Program-made: the position numbers and the translations under genes
Assembly (NCBI GenBank): GCA_030037435.1
Contig: JASHRI010000055.1
Location: 1-40,044, forward strand
Direction of reading: 5' to 3'
Origin: Candidatus Acidiferrales bacterium
Lineage (GTDB): Bacteria; Acidobacteriota; Terriglobia; Acidiferrales; UBA7541
Length of the DNA stretch: 40,044 nt
Part shown: positions 18,236 to 29,690 of the stretch, in pieces
Numbering within the stretch: position 1 is the stretch's first letter
How the letters are laid out: each line of letters starts with the position of its first letter
Notes under the pieces: generated by a model
What the model saw: the letters and a program-made list of their open reading frames with translations, nothing else
Databases searched by the model: none
What the model was told of the DNA's origin: nothing

Positions 18236-18523
18236 CTATCGATTGAGCGGGATCCTCAGTTCAGCCGCAAGCTGGTAGGGATCAAACGGGCTGCACGTGA
18301 AATAGCGGCCCTCGACCAGCAAGGTGGGCACTTTACGGCGCCCGCTGTTCACGCGCAGCACCAACTCTTCCGCTTCGGGAACTTCGTCGATGTTCACTTC
18401 GCGGAACACCACTCCGCGCTCTCGCAGAAATTGCTTCGCTCGACGGCAATCCGCGCACCAAGTGGTGCTGTAGACTGTGATGTCAGTTTTGTCTCGCATT
18501 CCCATCAGCGCTAAGCCCCACAC
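18236..18523 (-). CDS. Glutaredoxin-like/mycoredoxin-like small thiol-disulfide oxidoreductase
   Basis: ITVYSTTWCADCRRAKQFLRERGVVFREVNIDE...GRRKVPTLLV shows a CxxC active site plus the cis-Pro region of the glutaredoxin fold. The start is uncertain: the ORF maximum begins at the GTG at 18523, with in-frame ATGs at 18505 and 18499. Confidence 0.8.
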   Translation of the reverse strand: MWGLALMGMRDKTDITVYSTTWCADCRRAKQFLRERGVVFREVNIDEVPEAEELVLRVNSGRRKVPTLLVEGRYFTCSPFDPYQLAAELRIPLNR

Positions 18524-18590
18524 TCTCTATTAGATGCCAGAGGGGACCGCAGGATCGACCGGAATTCGAGTTGGGATGCCGGAAAATGCA

Positions 18591-19037
18591 CTAACTTGCC
18601 GCATGAACCGCTTCGCGTCCCGCAGTACCGGCTTTTGCCGCGGCTTCCAGGCGGACTGCCGCGCGTTGCAACGCCTGTTCGGCGCGAAGCCATTCCGGAC
18701 TTCCGGCGCTCACCTTGGCCATTTCGGCCTGCGCCTGCTCGCGAGCACGCCGTGCGCGTTCAACGTCGATCTCTTCCGCGCGCTCGGCAGCCTCAGCCAG
18801 CACGATCACCCGATCGGGCAGCACCTCGGCGTAGCCCAGAATCACCGTCAAGTAGCGTGTCTCGGACTCTTTGCGATACGACAGGATGCCGATGCCCAAT
18901 TCCGTGATCAGCGGCGCGTGGCCCGGCAACACGCCGAGGTAACCTTCCTTACCCGGCACCTCGACGGTCTGCACCGTCTCTGCGAGCACGTGTCGCTCTG
19001 GCGTCACAATCTGTAGTTCGATATTTTCCGGCAGCAT
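18591..19037 (-). CDS. atpC: F0F1 ATP synthase subunit epsilon
   Basis: 148-aa ORF. The sequence LQIVTPERHVLAETVQTVEVPGKEGYLGVLPGHAPLIT forms the typical beta-sandwich and is followed by a C-terminal helical hairpin. It lies downstream of atpD. Confidence 0.93.
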   Translation of the reverse strand: MLPENIELQIVTPERHVLAETVQTVEVPGKEGYLGVLPGHAPLITELGIGILSYRKESETRYLTVILGYAEVLPDRVIVLAEAAERAEEIDVERARRAREQAQAEMAKVSAGSPEWLRAEQALQRAAVRLEAAAKAGTAGREAVHAAS

Positions 19038-19067
19038 GGGTGTGTTTCGCTCCGCGGGCGCGTACGA

Positions 19068-21480
<2,413 letters not shown>

Positions 21481-21490
21481 CGAACTCCGT

Positions 21491-23023
21491 TCAGCTCCCA
21501 GCGGCTCCGCCAGCCTTGAACCGCTCCTTGTATGCGTCGAGCGCCTTGATCATGTCCGCCTTCAGCGCGTCATCGATGGCCTTTTTCTCACGCAGCGTCT
21601 TGAACACACCGTTGAAATTGGACTCGACGAACGGATAGAGCTCGCGCTCGAAGCGGCGAACTTGATCGATTTCCAGATCGTCGAGGTAACGGTTGTTGCC
21701 GGCGAAAATGATGAGGATCTGCCTTTCCACCGGCAGCGGCTGATACTGATCCTGTTTGAGAATTTCCACCACCCGCTGCCCCCGCGCCAGTTGAGCCTGC
21801 GTGGTCTTGTCGAGCTGTTCCGAACCGAATTGCGCGAATGCGGCAAGGTCGCGATACTGGGCCATATCCAACCGAAGCGTGCCCGCAACCTGTTTCATGG
21901 CCTTGATCTGTGCATTGCCACCCACGCGGCTCACGGAGATGCCAGCGTTGATCGCCGGGCGGATGCCGGCGTTGAAAAGATCGGCTTCGAGGTAGATTTG
22001 GCCGTCGGTAATCGAGATCACGTTGGTGGGAATGTACGCGGACACGTCGCCAGCCTGCGTTTCGATTACAGGCAGCGCGGTCAATGATCCCGCCCCGAGT
22101 TCGTCGTTGAGCTTCGCCGCGCGCTCCAGCAAGCGCGAGTGCAGAAAGAAGACGTCGCCTGGATATGCCTCGCGCCCGGGCGGGCGGCGCAGCAGCAGCG
22201 AAATTTCGCGGTAGGACTGGGCGTGCTTCGAAAGGTCGTCGTAGAAGCAAATCGCGTGGCGCTTATTGTCGCGGAAATACTCGCCCATGGCCGCGGCCGC
22301 AAACGGCGCGATGTACTGCATCGTCGCCGGCTCTGAAGCCGACGCTGCCACGACGACGCTGTAATCCAGCGCGCCGTGGTCCGCAAGGGTCTTCACCACC
22401 TGCGCGATCGTCGAGCGCTTCTGCCCAATCGCGCAGTAGATGCAAATCATGTCCCCGCCCTTTTGGTTCAAGATCGTGTCGAGGATGATCGCGGTCTTGC
22501 CGGTCTGCCGGTCGCCAATGATGAGCTCGCGCTGGCCGCGGCCCACGGGAATCATGGAGTCGATGGCCTTGATGCCGGTCTGCACCGGTTCGCGGACAGG
22601 CTGCCGGTCTACCACGCCGGGCGCCAGGCGCTCTAGCGGATTGAAATGCTGCGTCTGTACCGGGCCCTTGTCGTCGATGGGTTGGCCCAACGGGTTAACC
22701 ACTCTCCCGATCAGCGCCTCGCCTACCGGTACGGACATGATCTTGTTGGTGCGCTTTACCGTGTCGCCTTCGCGGATTTCTGTGTAGTCGCCGAGCAGCA
22801 CGGCGCCCACCTGATCTTCTTCCAGGTTCAGGGCGATGCCGAAGACATCATGCGGGAACGACAGCATCTCGCCCGCCATGCAGCGGTCCAGCCCGTGAAT
22901 ACGCGCGATGCCGTCACCGACTGAAATCACCGAGCCGACCTCCTCCACAGCCACGGTCTGCTGGTAATTTTCGATCTGCTCGCGCAGAATCTTCGTAATT
23001 TCATCCGCTTTGATGTTAGCCAT
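21491..23023 (-). CDS. atpA: F0F1 ATP synthase subunit alpha
   Basis: 510-aa ORF with Walker [11 protein letters not shown] and the highly conserved [24 protein letters not shown]. Confidence 0.97.
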   Translation of the reverse strand: MANIKADEITKILREQIENYQQTVAVEEVGSVISVGDGIARIHGLDRCMAGEMLSFPHDVFGIALNLEEDQVGAVLLGDYTEIREGDTVKRTNKIMSVPVGEALIGRVVNPLGQPIDDKGPVQTQHFNPLERLAPGVVDRQPVREPVQTGIKAIDSMIPVGRGQRELIIGDRQTGKTAIILDTILNQKGGDMICIYCAIGQKRSTIAQVVKTLADHGALDYSVVVAASASEPATMQYIAPFAAAAMGEYFRDNKRHAICFYDDLSKHAQSYREISLLLRRPPGREAYPGDVFFLHSRLLERAAKLNDELGAGSLTALPVIETQAGDVSAYIPTNVISITDGQIYLEADLFNAGIRPAINAGISVSRVGGNAQIKAMKQVAGTLRLDMAQYRDLAAFAQFGSEQLDKTTQAQLARGQRVVEILKQDQYQPLPVERQILIIFAGNNRYLDDLEIDQVRRFERELYPFVESNFNGVFKTLREKKAIDDALKADMIKALDAYKERFKAGGAAGS

Positions 23024-23032
23024 CCTTGGCTC

Positions 23033-23572
23033 CTATTCGCTTTCGAGCTGTTCGCGCATCCGCGTCAACTGTTCGCGCACCGAACCGTCGTAGACGGTCG
23101 ACCCGACGCGCACCACGGCGCCGCCGACGATCGAAACGTCCTCGCGAAAATGCGCTTCGATTTTCTTCTTCGTTCGCCGCTCCAGCACGGCGGTCAACTG
23201 CTGCTTTTCCTCGGAGGTCAGTTTGCGCGCCGACGTGACTTCGGCCTCCGCGATGCCGAGCCTGGCGTTCATTTCTGCGCGAAAAGCTTGCTCGATTTCC
23301 CGAAGCATTTCGGTGCGGCCATGATCGATCAGCAGAAAAATGAAGTTTCGAACGGTGGGCGCCAAATCCATTCGCTCGGCCAGCGCTTCGATCACCCGCC
23401 GCTTCAGGTCCGCTTCGACGGCCGGGGTTTCGAGAATCGTGCGCAAGTCGGCCGATTCGAAAAAAGCCTCTACAAACGCACTCAGGTCGCGTTTCACCCG
23501 CTCTGCGTCTTTCCGCTCCAGCGCGACGTCCGCCAGAGCGGCTGCGTACCGCGTTGCGACCACTCCGTTCAA
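23033..23572 (-). CDS. atpH: F0F1 ATP synthase subunit delta (OSCP)
   Basis: 179-aa ORF. The sequence VATRYAAALADVA...IVGGAVVRVGSTVYDGSVREQLTRM is typical of delta. The TTG start overlaps the atpF stop (TTGA). Confidence 0.9.
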   Translation of the reverse strand: MNGVVATRYAAALADVALERKDAERVKRDLSAFVEAFFESADLRTILETPAVEADLKRRVIEALAERMDLAPTVRNFIFLLIDHGRTEMLREIEQAFRAEMNARLGIAEAEVTSARKLTSEEKQQLTAVLERRTKKKIEAHFREDVSIVGGAVVRVGSTVYDGSVREQLTRMREQLESE

Positions 23573-24156
23573 TTCGCGCTCCTCTCCAGTTCCGCCACGA
23601 ATGTCTGGAACAGCGCTGATTCAGTGCTCGGCGTCATCTCGTCGCGGAGTAGTCCTTCGGCGCGCTCCACGGCCACGCGTGCGGCTGCGGCTTTCAATTC
23701 CAGGCGTGCGGCACGCTCGGCGGCGACGATTTCGGCTTGTGCCGCGCGTTCAATCATTTCCGCCTCGGATTTCGCGAGCGCGCGAATGCGTTCCGCTTCT
23801 GCCCCCGCCCCGCGCTTCGCGTCTTCGCGCAATGTCGCCACTTCGGCGTCAATCCCCGCTAGTTTAGCCTGGGCCTCGCGCCGCTGCTGTTCCGCAGCCT
23901 CGCGGGCCCGCGTACCCTCCGCAATCTTCTGCGAGATTTCCTCCGTGTGTCTGCGGAATGCCGGCCGTGCCTTGCAAAAGCCGTATGCAATCAACGCCAC
24001 AACGATCGCGAAGTTGATCCAGCGGAATATCCAACCCATCGAGCTGTCGGCTTGCGAAGGTTGGTTTTCCTGCGCGAGAGCAGGCGCGGCCGTCAAAAAA
24101 AGGAAAAGACCAAGTGAGGTCAGCTGGCGTGCGTAAAACCCAATGCCACGATTCAT
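23569..24156 (-). CDS. atpF: F0F1 ATP synthase subunit b
   Basis: 195-aa ORF. A TM helix (WINFAIVVALIAYGF) is followed by a long Ala/Glu/Arg-rich helix. The ATG at 24156 overlaps the stop of the preceding b' gene (ATGA). The first 39 aa look like a signal peptide (LGLFLFLTAAPALAQE). An alternative start at Met40 would give a conventional b of about 156 aa. Confidence 0.85.
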   Translation of the reverse strand: MNRGIGFYARQLTSLGLFLFLTAAPALAQENQPSQADSSMGWIFRWINFAIVVALIAYGFCKARPAFRRHTEEISQKIAEGTRAREAAEQQRREAQAKLAGIDAEVATLREDAKRGAGAEAERIRALAKSEAEMIERAAQAEIVAAERAARLELKAAAARVAVERAEGLLRDEMTPSTESALFQTFVAELERSAN

Positions 24157-24620
24157 CTTGCGGCTCCCCCGCGAAGCGAGGAGGGACGTTCCACAATGAC
24201 GCGAGCGATTTCGGCGGCAAGAGCCGGCGTTTCGCGCTCCACCTGCGCGCGCGCGGCGGCCAGATCGGTCGCGATACGAGCCTTGGCGGCCTTCACATCT
24301 TCCTGCGCACGGGCATTCATGGCTTTCAACAGCTTCGCCCGGCTCTCGAGGGCTTCCTGCCGGGCTGCCTCCTGCTGTCCGTAGATTTCGGCGCGGGCTC
24401 GGCGCAGCGCTTCGTGATAAGTGTCGAGCTCCTGCTTGGCGGCATTTTCCACAGCAGCCGCTTCGGCGCGAGCGCCTTCCATGCGCGCGGTGCGCTCCGC
24501 CATCGCCTTCTGAATCGGCTGGAAGAATGCCCAGCGCAGAAACCAGTAGAAGAGAAGAACGACGATGATCGTAGGCACAGCATCGAGGAATAGCGTGCCG
24601 AGCTGGTGGAGGATTTCCAT
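24153..24620 (-). CDS. atpF2: F0F1 ATP synthase subunit b' (second b-type stalk subunit)
   Basis: 155-aa ORF with an N-terminal TM helix (AVPTIIVVLLFYWFLRWAFF), then QPIQKAMAERTARMEG and a long charged helix. This is the same architecture as subunit b. Confidence 0.8.
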   Translation of the reverse strand: MEILHQLGTLFLDAVPTIIVVLLFYWFLRWAFFQPIQKAMAERTARMEGARAEAAAVENAAKQELDTYHEALRRARAEIYGQQEAARQEALESRAKLLKAMNARAQEDVKAAKARIATDLAAARAQVERETPALAAEIARVIVERPSSLRGGAAR

Positions 24621-24725
24621 CGTCGGGTAAACGTGCTGCTGGCGTGCTCCTAGTTATTTCTTAAGTGGTTCCGGTGTGAAGTCCGGCCGACCGCACCCCA
24701 ATGCTAGGGCCAAGTAAAGCAGAAG

Positions 24726-24755
24726 ATTATTGCATCGTGCGCGTATAGGCGTCAA
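24726..24755 (-). promoter_or_regulatory. Candidate sigma-70 promoter for the atp operon (TTGACG-18-AATAAT)
   Basis: Minus-strand reading gives TTGACG (24755-24750), an 18-nt spacer and AATAAT (24731-24726), about 105 nt upstream of the b' start. Confidence 0.3.
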
Positions 24756-24871
24756 TTCTTTTGCTTCTGCAACGTTAGGATGAGCATACGCCTTGCGAGC
24801 AATCGGAGTTGACAGAGTCCACGAGCGCGAGGATTTTGGCGAATTGCTTCAGGACCAATCATGAGGAACCA

Positions 24872-26977
24872 TTAAGAAACGGCGACCTTTGCGGCCACTT
24901 CAGAGAGCAAGGCTTTGAGTGTTTGAGCTTCCGCAATGGGAGGATGGCAGGTCGTCTCGACGCAAACGAATGCCCGCGGAACCGCAGCGTCGAGATGCGG
25001 CAGAATTTCGCGGAGCGCTGCGGGCAGCAGGCCTGTGGATTGCCGTTCCGGTGCGACGCGCAAAACAACTTTCCCGAAGCGATAGATTTCGTGCGCCGCG
25101 CGTTCGAGTTCTGACGCCTTCGAATCGTTCGTCGTACCGGTGACAATCACCTGCAACGGATGGCGGATGTGCAACAGCGCCGCAAGCGAATAGGTCGCGG
25201 CATACAGGCCGTATTGCGGAACCGAACCGATGAACGCTTCGAGAGTTTTTTCCGCCCATTCGCGATAGGCGCGCTTTCCGGTCAAAGCGAAGAGCCGGTC
25301 GAGCGCCATCGCGGCCACGGAATTTCCGCTGGGCGTGGGCGAATCCTGCAGCGGCTTGCGGCGAACTTCCAGCCCCCCCATCGGCGCGGCGTCGCGCGGG
25401 CGATCGAAGAAGGCGCCGAGTTCGGGATCGCCAAAACGTGTCACGGCAAGTTGCATGGCTCGCTCCGCAATCTCGAAATATCGTGGCTCCAATGTCGTTT
25501 CCCAGGCGTCGAGCAGCGCGATAATCGTGAATACCTGGTCGTCGAGCGAACCTTCGAGGCGCGGGACGCCGACGCGATGCGCAAAACCCATCGATTCATC
25601 CCACGCTTCCGCGAGGATGCGATCCAGAGTCTTTAAGGCAAATTCGCGGCAGTCGGGCCGCTCTAGAACGCGCCCCGCATCCAGATAGGCGGACACGAAC
25701 ATCGCATTCCAGCCAACGTAGAGCGTCTCGTCGACGGCGGGAGTGGGCCGCCGCTCGCGCCGAGCGGCAAGCAGCTTTCCCTTGGCCGCAGCGATGCGCA
25801 AAGTGGCCTCATCCTGGCTCATTCTAAACTTCTGGCAAATGTCTTCGATGGATGCGGCGATCCAAAGAACGTTTTTTTCGGGATTGTGGTGCATTTCGCC
25901 ATGCGGGCCGACGTCATAGTAAAGCTCCATGACGCGCGCTTCGTCCGGAGGGAGCGCCGCTCGAAGCTCCTTCTGAGTCCAGGTGAAGTAGTCACCGTCA
26001 TCGTCTAGGGTTTGATCGGCGTCTTGGCTGGCGTAGAAACCGCCACGGTCGGGGTCGGAAAGTACTTCGCCGACCCAGTCGATCAGGCTTTCGGCCACGC
26101 GTTGGTACTGTGGCAGATGCAACGCCTGGTAACCGTGAAGGTAATTTTTGAGCAGCTCGGAATTGTCATACGACATTTTTTCGAAATGCGGCACGCACCA
26201 GCGTTCATCGACCGAGTAGCGATGAAAGCCGCCCCCGATCTGATCGCGGAAGCCGCCCGCCGCCATGCCATCGAGAGTTTTCTCCGCGATCGCCAGTAGG
26301 CGAGCGCCATCGGACCACTTGGCACGCTCGAGCAGAAGGTCGATTACGGATGAGTGCGGGAATTTCGGGGCGTGACCGAAGCCTCCGTGTTCGGTATCGA
26401 ACTGACTGACCGCGGAATCGATGGCAGCCTGCACCACCGCGGGATCGAAAACGCCGCGGGCGCCATGGAAAACTTCGGCCTTGGCAACGGCTTGTTCCAG
26501 AGCTTCCGCGGACTGATCGACGTCGGGACGGCGCGTGTTGAACGCATCGGAAATCGCGAGCAAGATGCGCTTGAATCCGGGCCGGCCCATCGAATCTTCG
26601 GGCGGAAAATACGTGCCGCCAAAAAACGGTTTCCCGTCGGGCGTGAGAAATGCGGTGAGAGGCCAGCCGCCTTGTCCTGAAATGGCACTAATCGCCGCCT
26701 GATAGCGCGAGTCGACATCAGGCCGCTCGTCGCGGTCGACCTTCACAGGAATGTAGAGCCTATTGATAAGAGCGGCGATTTCGGGATTCTCATAGCTCTC
26801 GCGATCGATCACGTGGCACCAGTGGCACCAGACGGCACCGATGTCGAGCAGCAGAGGTTTTCTTTCGTCGCGCGCCTTCTGAAAGGCTTCATCGCCCCAT
26901 TCGTGCCAGTCGACGGGTTGATGCGCCGCGGACCGCAGATACGGGCTGAGAGAATCTTTGAGGCGGTTTTCGGTCAT
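24872..26977 (-). CDS. Thioredoxin-domain protein, YyaL/DUF255 family (thioredoxin-like N-domain plus six-hairpin glycosidase-like domain)
   Basis: The start is set at the ATG at 26977 (MTENRLKDSLSPYLRSAAHQPVDWHEWGDEAFQKARDERKPLLLDIGAVWCHWCHVIDRESYE), which is the hallmark N-terminus of this family. The 56-codon upstream extension in the track starts at a GTG and looks non-coding. Confidence 0.88.
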   Translation of the reverse strand: MTENRLKDSLSPYLRSAAHQPVDWHEWGDEAFQKARDERKPLLLDIGAVWCHWCHVIDRESYENPEIAALINRLYIPVKVDRDERPDVDSRYQAAISAISGQGGWPLTAFLTPDGKPFFGGTYFPPEDSMGRPGFKRILLAISDAFNTRRPDVDQSAEALEQAVAKAEVFHGARGVFDPAVVQAAIDSAVSQFDTEHGGFGHAPKFPHSSVIDLLLERAKWSDGARLLAIAEKTLDGMAAGGFRDQIGGGFHRYSVDERWCVPHFEKMSYDNSELLKNYLHGYQALHLPQYQRVAESLIDWVGEVLSDPDRGGFYASQDADQTLDDDGDYFTWTQKELRAALPPDEARVMELYYDVGPHGEMHHNPEKNVLWIAASIEDICQKFRMSQDEATLRIAAAKGKLLAARRERRPTPAVDETLYVGWNAMFVSAYLDAGRVLERPDCREFALKTLDRILAEAWDESMGFAHRVGVPRLEGSLDDQVFTIIALLDAWETTLEPRYFEIAERAMQLAVTRFGDPELGAFFDRPRDAAPMGGLEVRRKPLQDSPTPSGNSVAAMALDRLFALTGKRAYREWAEKTLEAFIGSVPQYGLYAATYSLAALLHIRHPLQVIVTGTTNDSKASELERAAHEIYRFGKVVLRVAPERQSTGLLPAALREILPHLDAAVPRAFVCVETTCHPPIAEAQTLKALLSEVAAKVAVS

Positions 26978-27588
26978 TGGCGGACCCTGGAATCGTGGTG
27001 ATCTGGGATTCGGACGAAGGTGTGTTTTGCGTAAGCGATAAAGACTCTTATTCGTGAATGCAGCGGCCTCATACCTTGTCTTCTCTACCGTTCCGGTTAA
27101 CGCAGGTTCTGATTCAACGCTACCACACGATGCAAGCAAGGGCACGAGTCTTCAGTGGCACGAGCCATCACTGCTCAAATGGGAGTAGGGCTCCGGTGTG
27201 TACTTCTGCTCGGGACACCAAGCGACGTTGAGGGGCCTCTTTACTTTTCCCGAGTCGATCAATGGAGTTAACGGCCCGAGCGGGACGGCCGGCGGGGAGC
27301 GGATCGCGGATTTTCGAGAAATCCCTAACGAGCGAAACGGCATCTTATGAGTTGCCCGCGAGATGGTATGATTAGTTACAGCGGTGGCTTGGCGTGGGTC
27401 GCTTGGTGGCTCAGAGCAGGAAGCGCAGCGATCCGCCGAGGCTTGTTCCAGAGCCACGGCCGAAACTCCCAGATCGTTTCTCGCCGGGGCTTTGGCAGTA
27501 ACTCCCAGCACCAAATGCAAAAGCATTCCCGATTCGGACAGTCCAGCTGTTGATTTCCAGCGGTTCCCCGGGAAAGAAAGGGAAGTCG

Positions 27589-28455
27589 ATGCCATACGTC
27601 ACGGTGGGCCAGGAAAATTCAGGTGATATCGAATTATATTACGAGGATCATGGCTCGGGGCCATGCGTGGTGTTGATACACGGATATCCGCTGAGCGGTA
27701 CCTCCTGGGAGAAACAGGTCCCCACGCTTCTGGCGACGGGCCATCGCGTGATTACGTACGATCGCAGAGGTTTCGGCCGATCCAGCAAGCCGACGACGGG
27801 CTACAACTACGACACGTTCGCGGAAGATTTGCGCGCGCTGCTGACTTCCCTCAAGATACGCGATTGTGCACTGGTGGGATTCTCGATGGGTGGCGGCGAA
27901 GTGGCACGTTACATTGGAAAGTATGGGTCGGACGGGATTTTCAAGGCCGTGATTATTGGTGGGGTTCCACCGTATCTATTAAAGGCGGTCGACAATCCGG
28001 AAGGCGTGGATGCGGCCGTTTTTGAAAAGATCGAGCGAGCGATCACCAAGGACCGCTACACCTTTTTCACCGACTTCTTCAAGAATTTCTACAACACAGA
28101 CGTATGGATGGGAAAGCACATCAGCGAACACGCGGTGCAGGCGAGTTGGAACGTGGCGACGGTGGCTTCGCCGACCGCTACGCTCGCATGCGTGTCCACT
28201 TGGGGCCGAGACTTTCGGCACGATGTGTCGCGGATCGATATCCCCACGCTGGTGATTCATGGCGACGCGGACCGAATTGTTCCGATTGCGGCTTCTGGAG
28301 AGAGAACGGCCAAGATGATTCGCCGATCTCAGCTCTACGTGGTGAAGGGCGGCCCGCACGCGGTGATCTGGACGCACGCAGACGAAGTGAACTCCGAATT
28401 GGCAACCTTCCTTGGGAAGGGCGCGGCGGCAGCCAGCATTTCAGCCGAAAAGTAA
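27589..28455 (+). CDS. Alpha/beta hydrolase, non-heme haloperoxidase/perhydrolase family
   Basis: The start is set at the ATG at 27589 (MPYVTVGQENSGDIELYYEDHGSGPCVVLIHGYPLSG). From memory, it is very similar along its length to Streptomyces aureofaciens bromoperoxidase A2. The catalytic triad context is GFSMGGG (Ser), HGDADRIVP (Asp) and GGPHAV (His). Confidence 0.9.
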   Translation: MPYVTVGQENSGDIELYYEDHGSGPCVVLIHGYPLSGTSWEKQVPTLLATGHRVITYDRRGFGRSSKPTTGYNYDTFAEDLRALLTSLKIRDCALVGFSMGGGEVARYIGKYGSDGIFKAVIIGGVPPYLLKAVDNPEGVDAAVFEKIERAITKDRYTFFTDFFKNFYNTDVWMGKHISEHAVQASWNVATVASPTATLACVSTWGRDFRHDVSRIDIPTLVIHGDADRIVPIAASGERTAKMIRRSQLYVVKGGPHAVIWTHADEVNSELATFLGKGAAAASISAEK

Positions 28456-28788
28456 AAGCGAATACGAATCGGACGGTTTCCGTTCGAGCGTGAGGGTAGC
28501 GGTGCGTCTTTTGTCGGCACGGACTCTCATTTCAGTTTCCTAGATGAATTTCACATTATGCAAAAACACTTCGAAAAACCGTTGCACGAATGAAGTTCCC
28601 CGGCGCGAGTCGTACATCCTCAAATGTCGATCTCAATGTTTTGCAAGTTTTGCGATGCGCCGAGGGGCGTTTGCGCCGCCCACAAAACACTCGGTGGCCC
28701 GCAGTCTGAATTGGCCGGGCATCAGGATTGACGCAGGTGTGATAGGTTCTATCGACGCGGCAAAAGGGCGAGTGAGGAGGTTTCAGAG

Positions 28789-29670
28789 ATGGCGAATCTT
28801 GGATTTGTCGGTCTAGGAGTGATGGGCAGCCAGATGGTGAGCCGGCTGCTCGAAAAAGGGCATAGCGTAGCGGGATACAACCGGACTCGCGCAAAGGCAG
28901 AGTGGTTGGTGCAACGGGGAATGCGATGGGCGGATTCGCCGCGCGCGGTCGCCGAGGCCGCGGATGTGATTTTCAGCATGGTAACCAACAGCTCCGCACT
29001 CGCTGCGATTGCAGATGGGCCCGATGGATTGGTTGCTGGCTTTCGTACCGGCAAAAATCTCGTCGACATGAGTACGGTGAGCCCCGCAGCGAGCCGCGCC
29101 CTTGCCGCGAAGATACGAGAGAAGGGCGGAGACATGATTGACGCTCCCGTGTCTGGAAGCGTGATCACGCTGCAACAGGGGAAATTATCGGTGATGGTGG
29201 GTGGGCGGCGCGAAACGTTTGAGCGGCTCAAGCCGCTGCTGCAGGATATCGGCCCAACGGTAACGCTCGTCGGCGACAACGGCTTGGCGCTTTCGATGAA
29301 AATCGCCACAAATCTTAGCCTTGCTGTGCAGATGCTGGCGTTCTGCGAAGGCGTGCTGCTGGCCGAGAAAAGTGGGATCGCGCGCGAAACGGCAGTCGAA
29401 GTACTTACGCACAGCGCCGTGGCTTCGCCGATGATTCAGTATCGCGGGCCATTTGTACTGCGCATGCCGGATCAAGCTTGGTTTGACGTCAATATGATGC
29501 AGAAGGACATGCTGCTCGCGCTCGAGATGAGCCGCCAGACCAACGTTCCCCTGCCGACCACGGCGGTAGCCAACGAATATCTGACGGCCGCGCGCGGGAT
29601 GGGGCTTGAAAAACAGGACTTCGCAGTCGTGTTTCAAGTGCTCGCGCGCATGGCAGGTGGCGGCAAATAG
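28789..29670 (+). CDS. NAD(P)-dependent oxidoreductase, 3-hydroxyisobutyrate dehydrogenase/tartronate semialdehyde reductase family
   Basis: 293-aa ORF with a GAGGAGG SD and an N-terminal Rossmann motif (LGFVGLGVMGSQMVSRLLEKGHSVAGYNRT). It also has the DAPVSGS motif and the conserved catalytic-Lys region (LSMKIATNL). Confidence 0.88.
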   Translation: MANLGFVGLGVMGSQMVSRLLEKGHSVAGYNRTRAKAEWLVQRGMRWADSPRAVAEAADVIFSMVTNSSALAAIADGPDGLVAGFRTGKNLVDMSTVSPAASRALAAKIREKGGDMIDAPVSGSVITLQQGKLSVMVGGRRETFERLKPLLQDIGPTVTLVGDNGLALSMKIATNLSLAVQMLAFCEGVLLAEKSGIARETAVEVLTHSAVASPMIQYRGPFVLRMPDQAWFDVNMMQKDMLLALEMSRQTNVPLPTTAVANEYLTAARGMGLEKQDFAVVFQVLARMAGGGK

Positions 29671-29690
29671 AACGTGCGGTTGAGGCTATT

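Noticed and set aside
23150-24136. 328-aa plus-strand ORF across atpH/atpF
   Set aside because: It is antisense to two ATP synthase genes, and its product is Ala/Arg/Ser-rich low-complexity sequence.
26813-26839. Tandem 9-bp DNA repeat GTGGCACCA GTGGCACCA GACGGCACC
   Set aside because: It is explained by coding. On the minus strand it encodes the conserved WCHWCH thioredoxin-like motif of the YyaL family, so it is not an independent repeat element.
27152-27595. 147-aa minus-strand ORF filling the long yyaL/haloperoxidase intergenic region
   Set aside because: It has no SD, and its start would overlap the haloperoxidase start. Third-codon-position composition is mixed rather than GC-biased as in the real genes here, and there are no recognisable motifs. 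It is kept only as part of the 'long non-coding region' finding.
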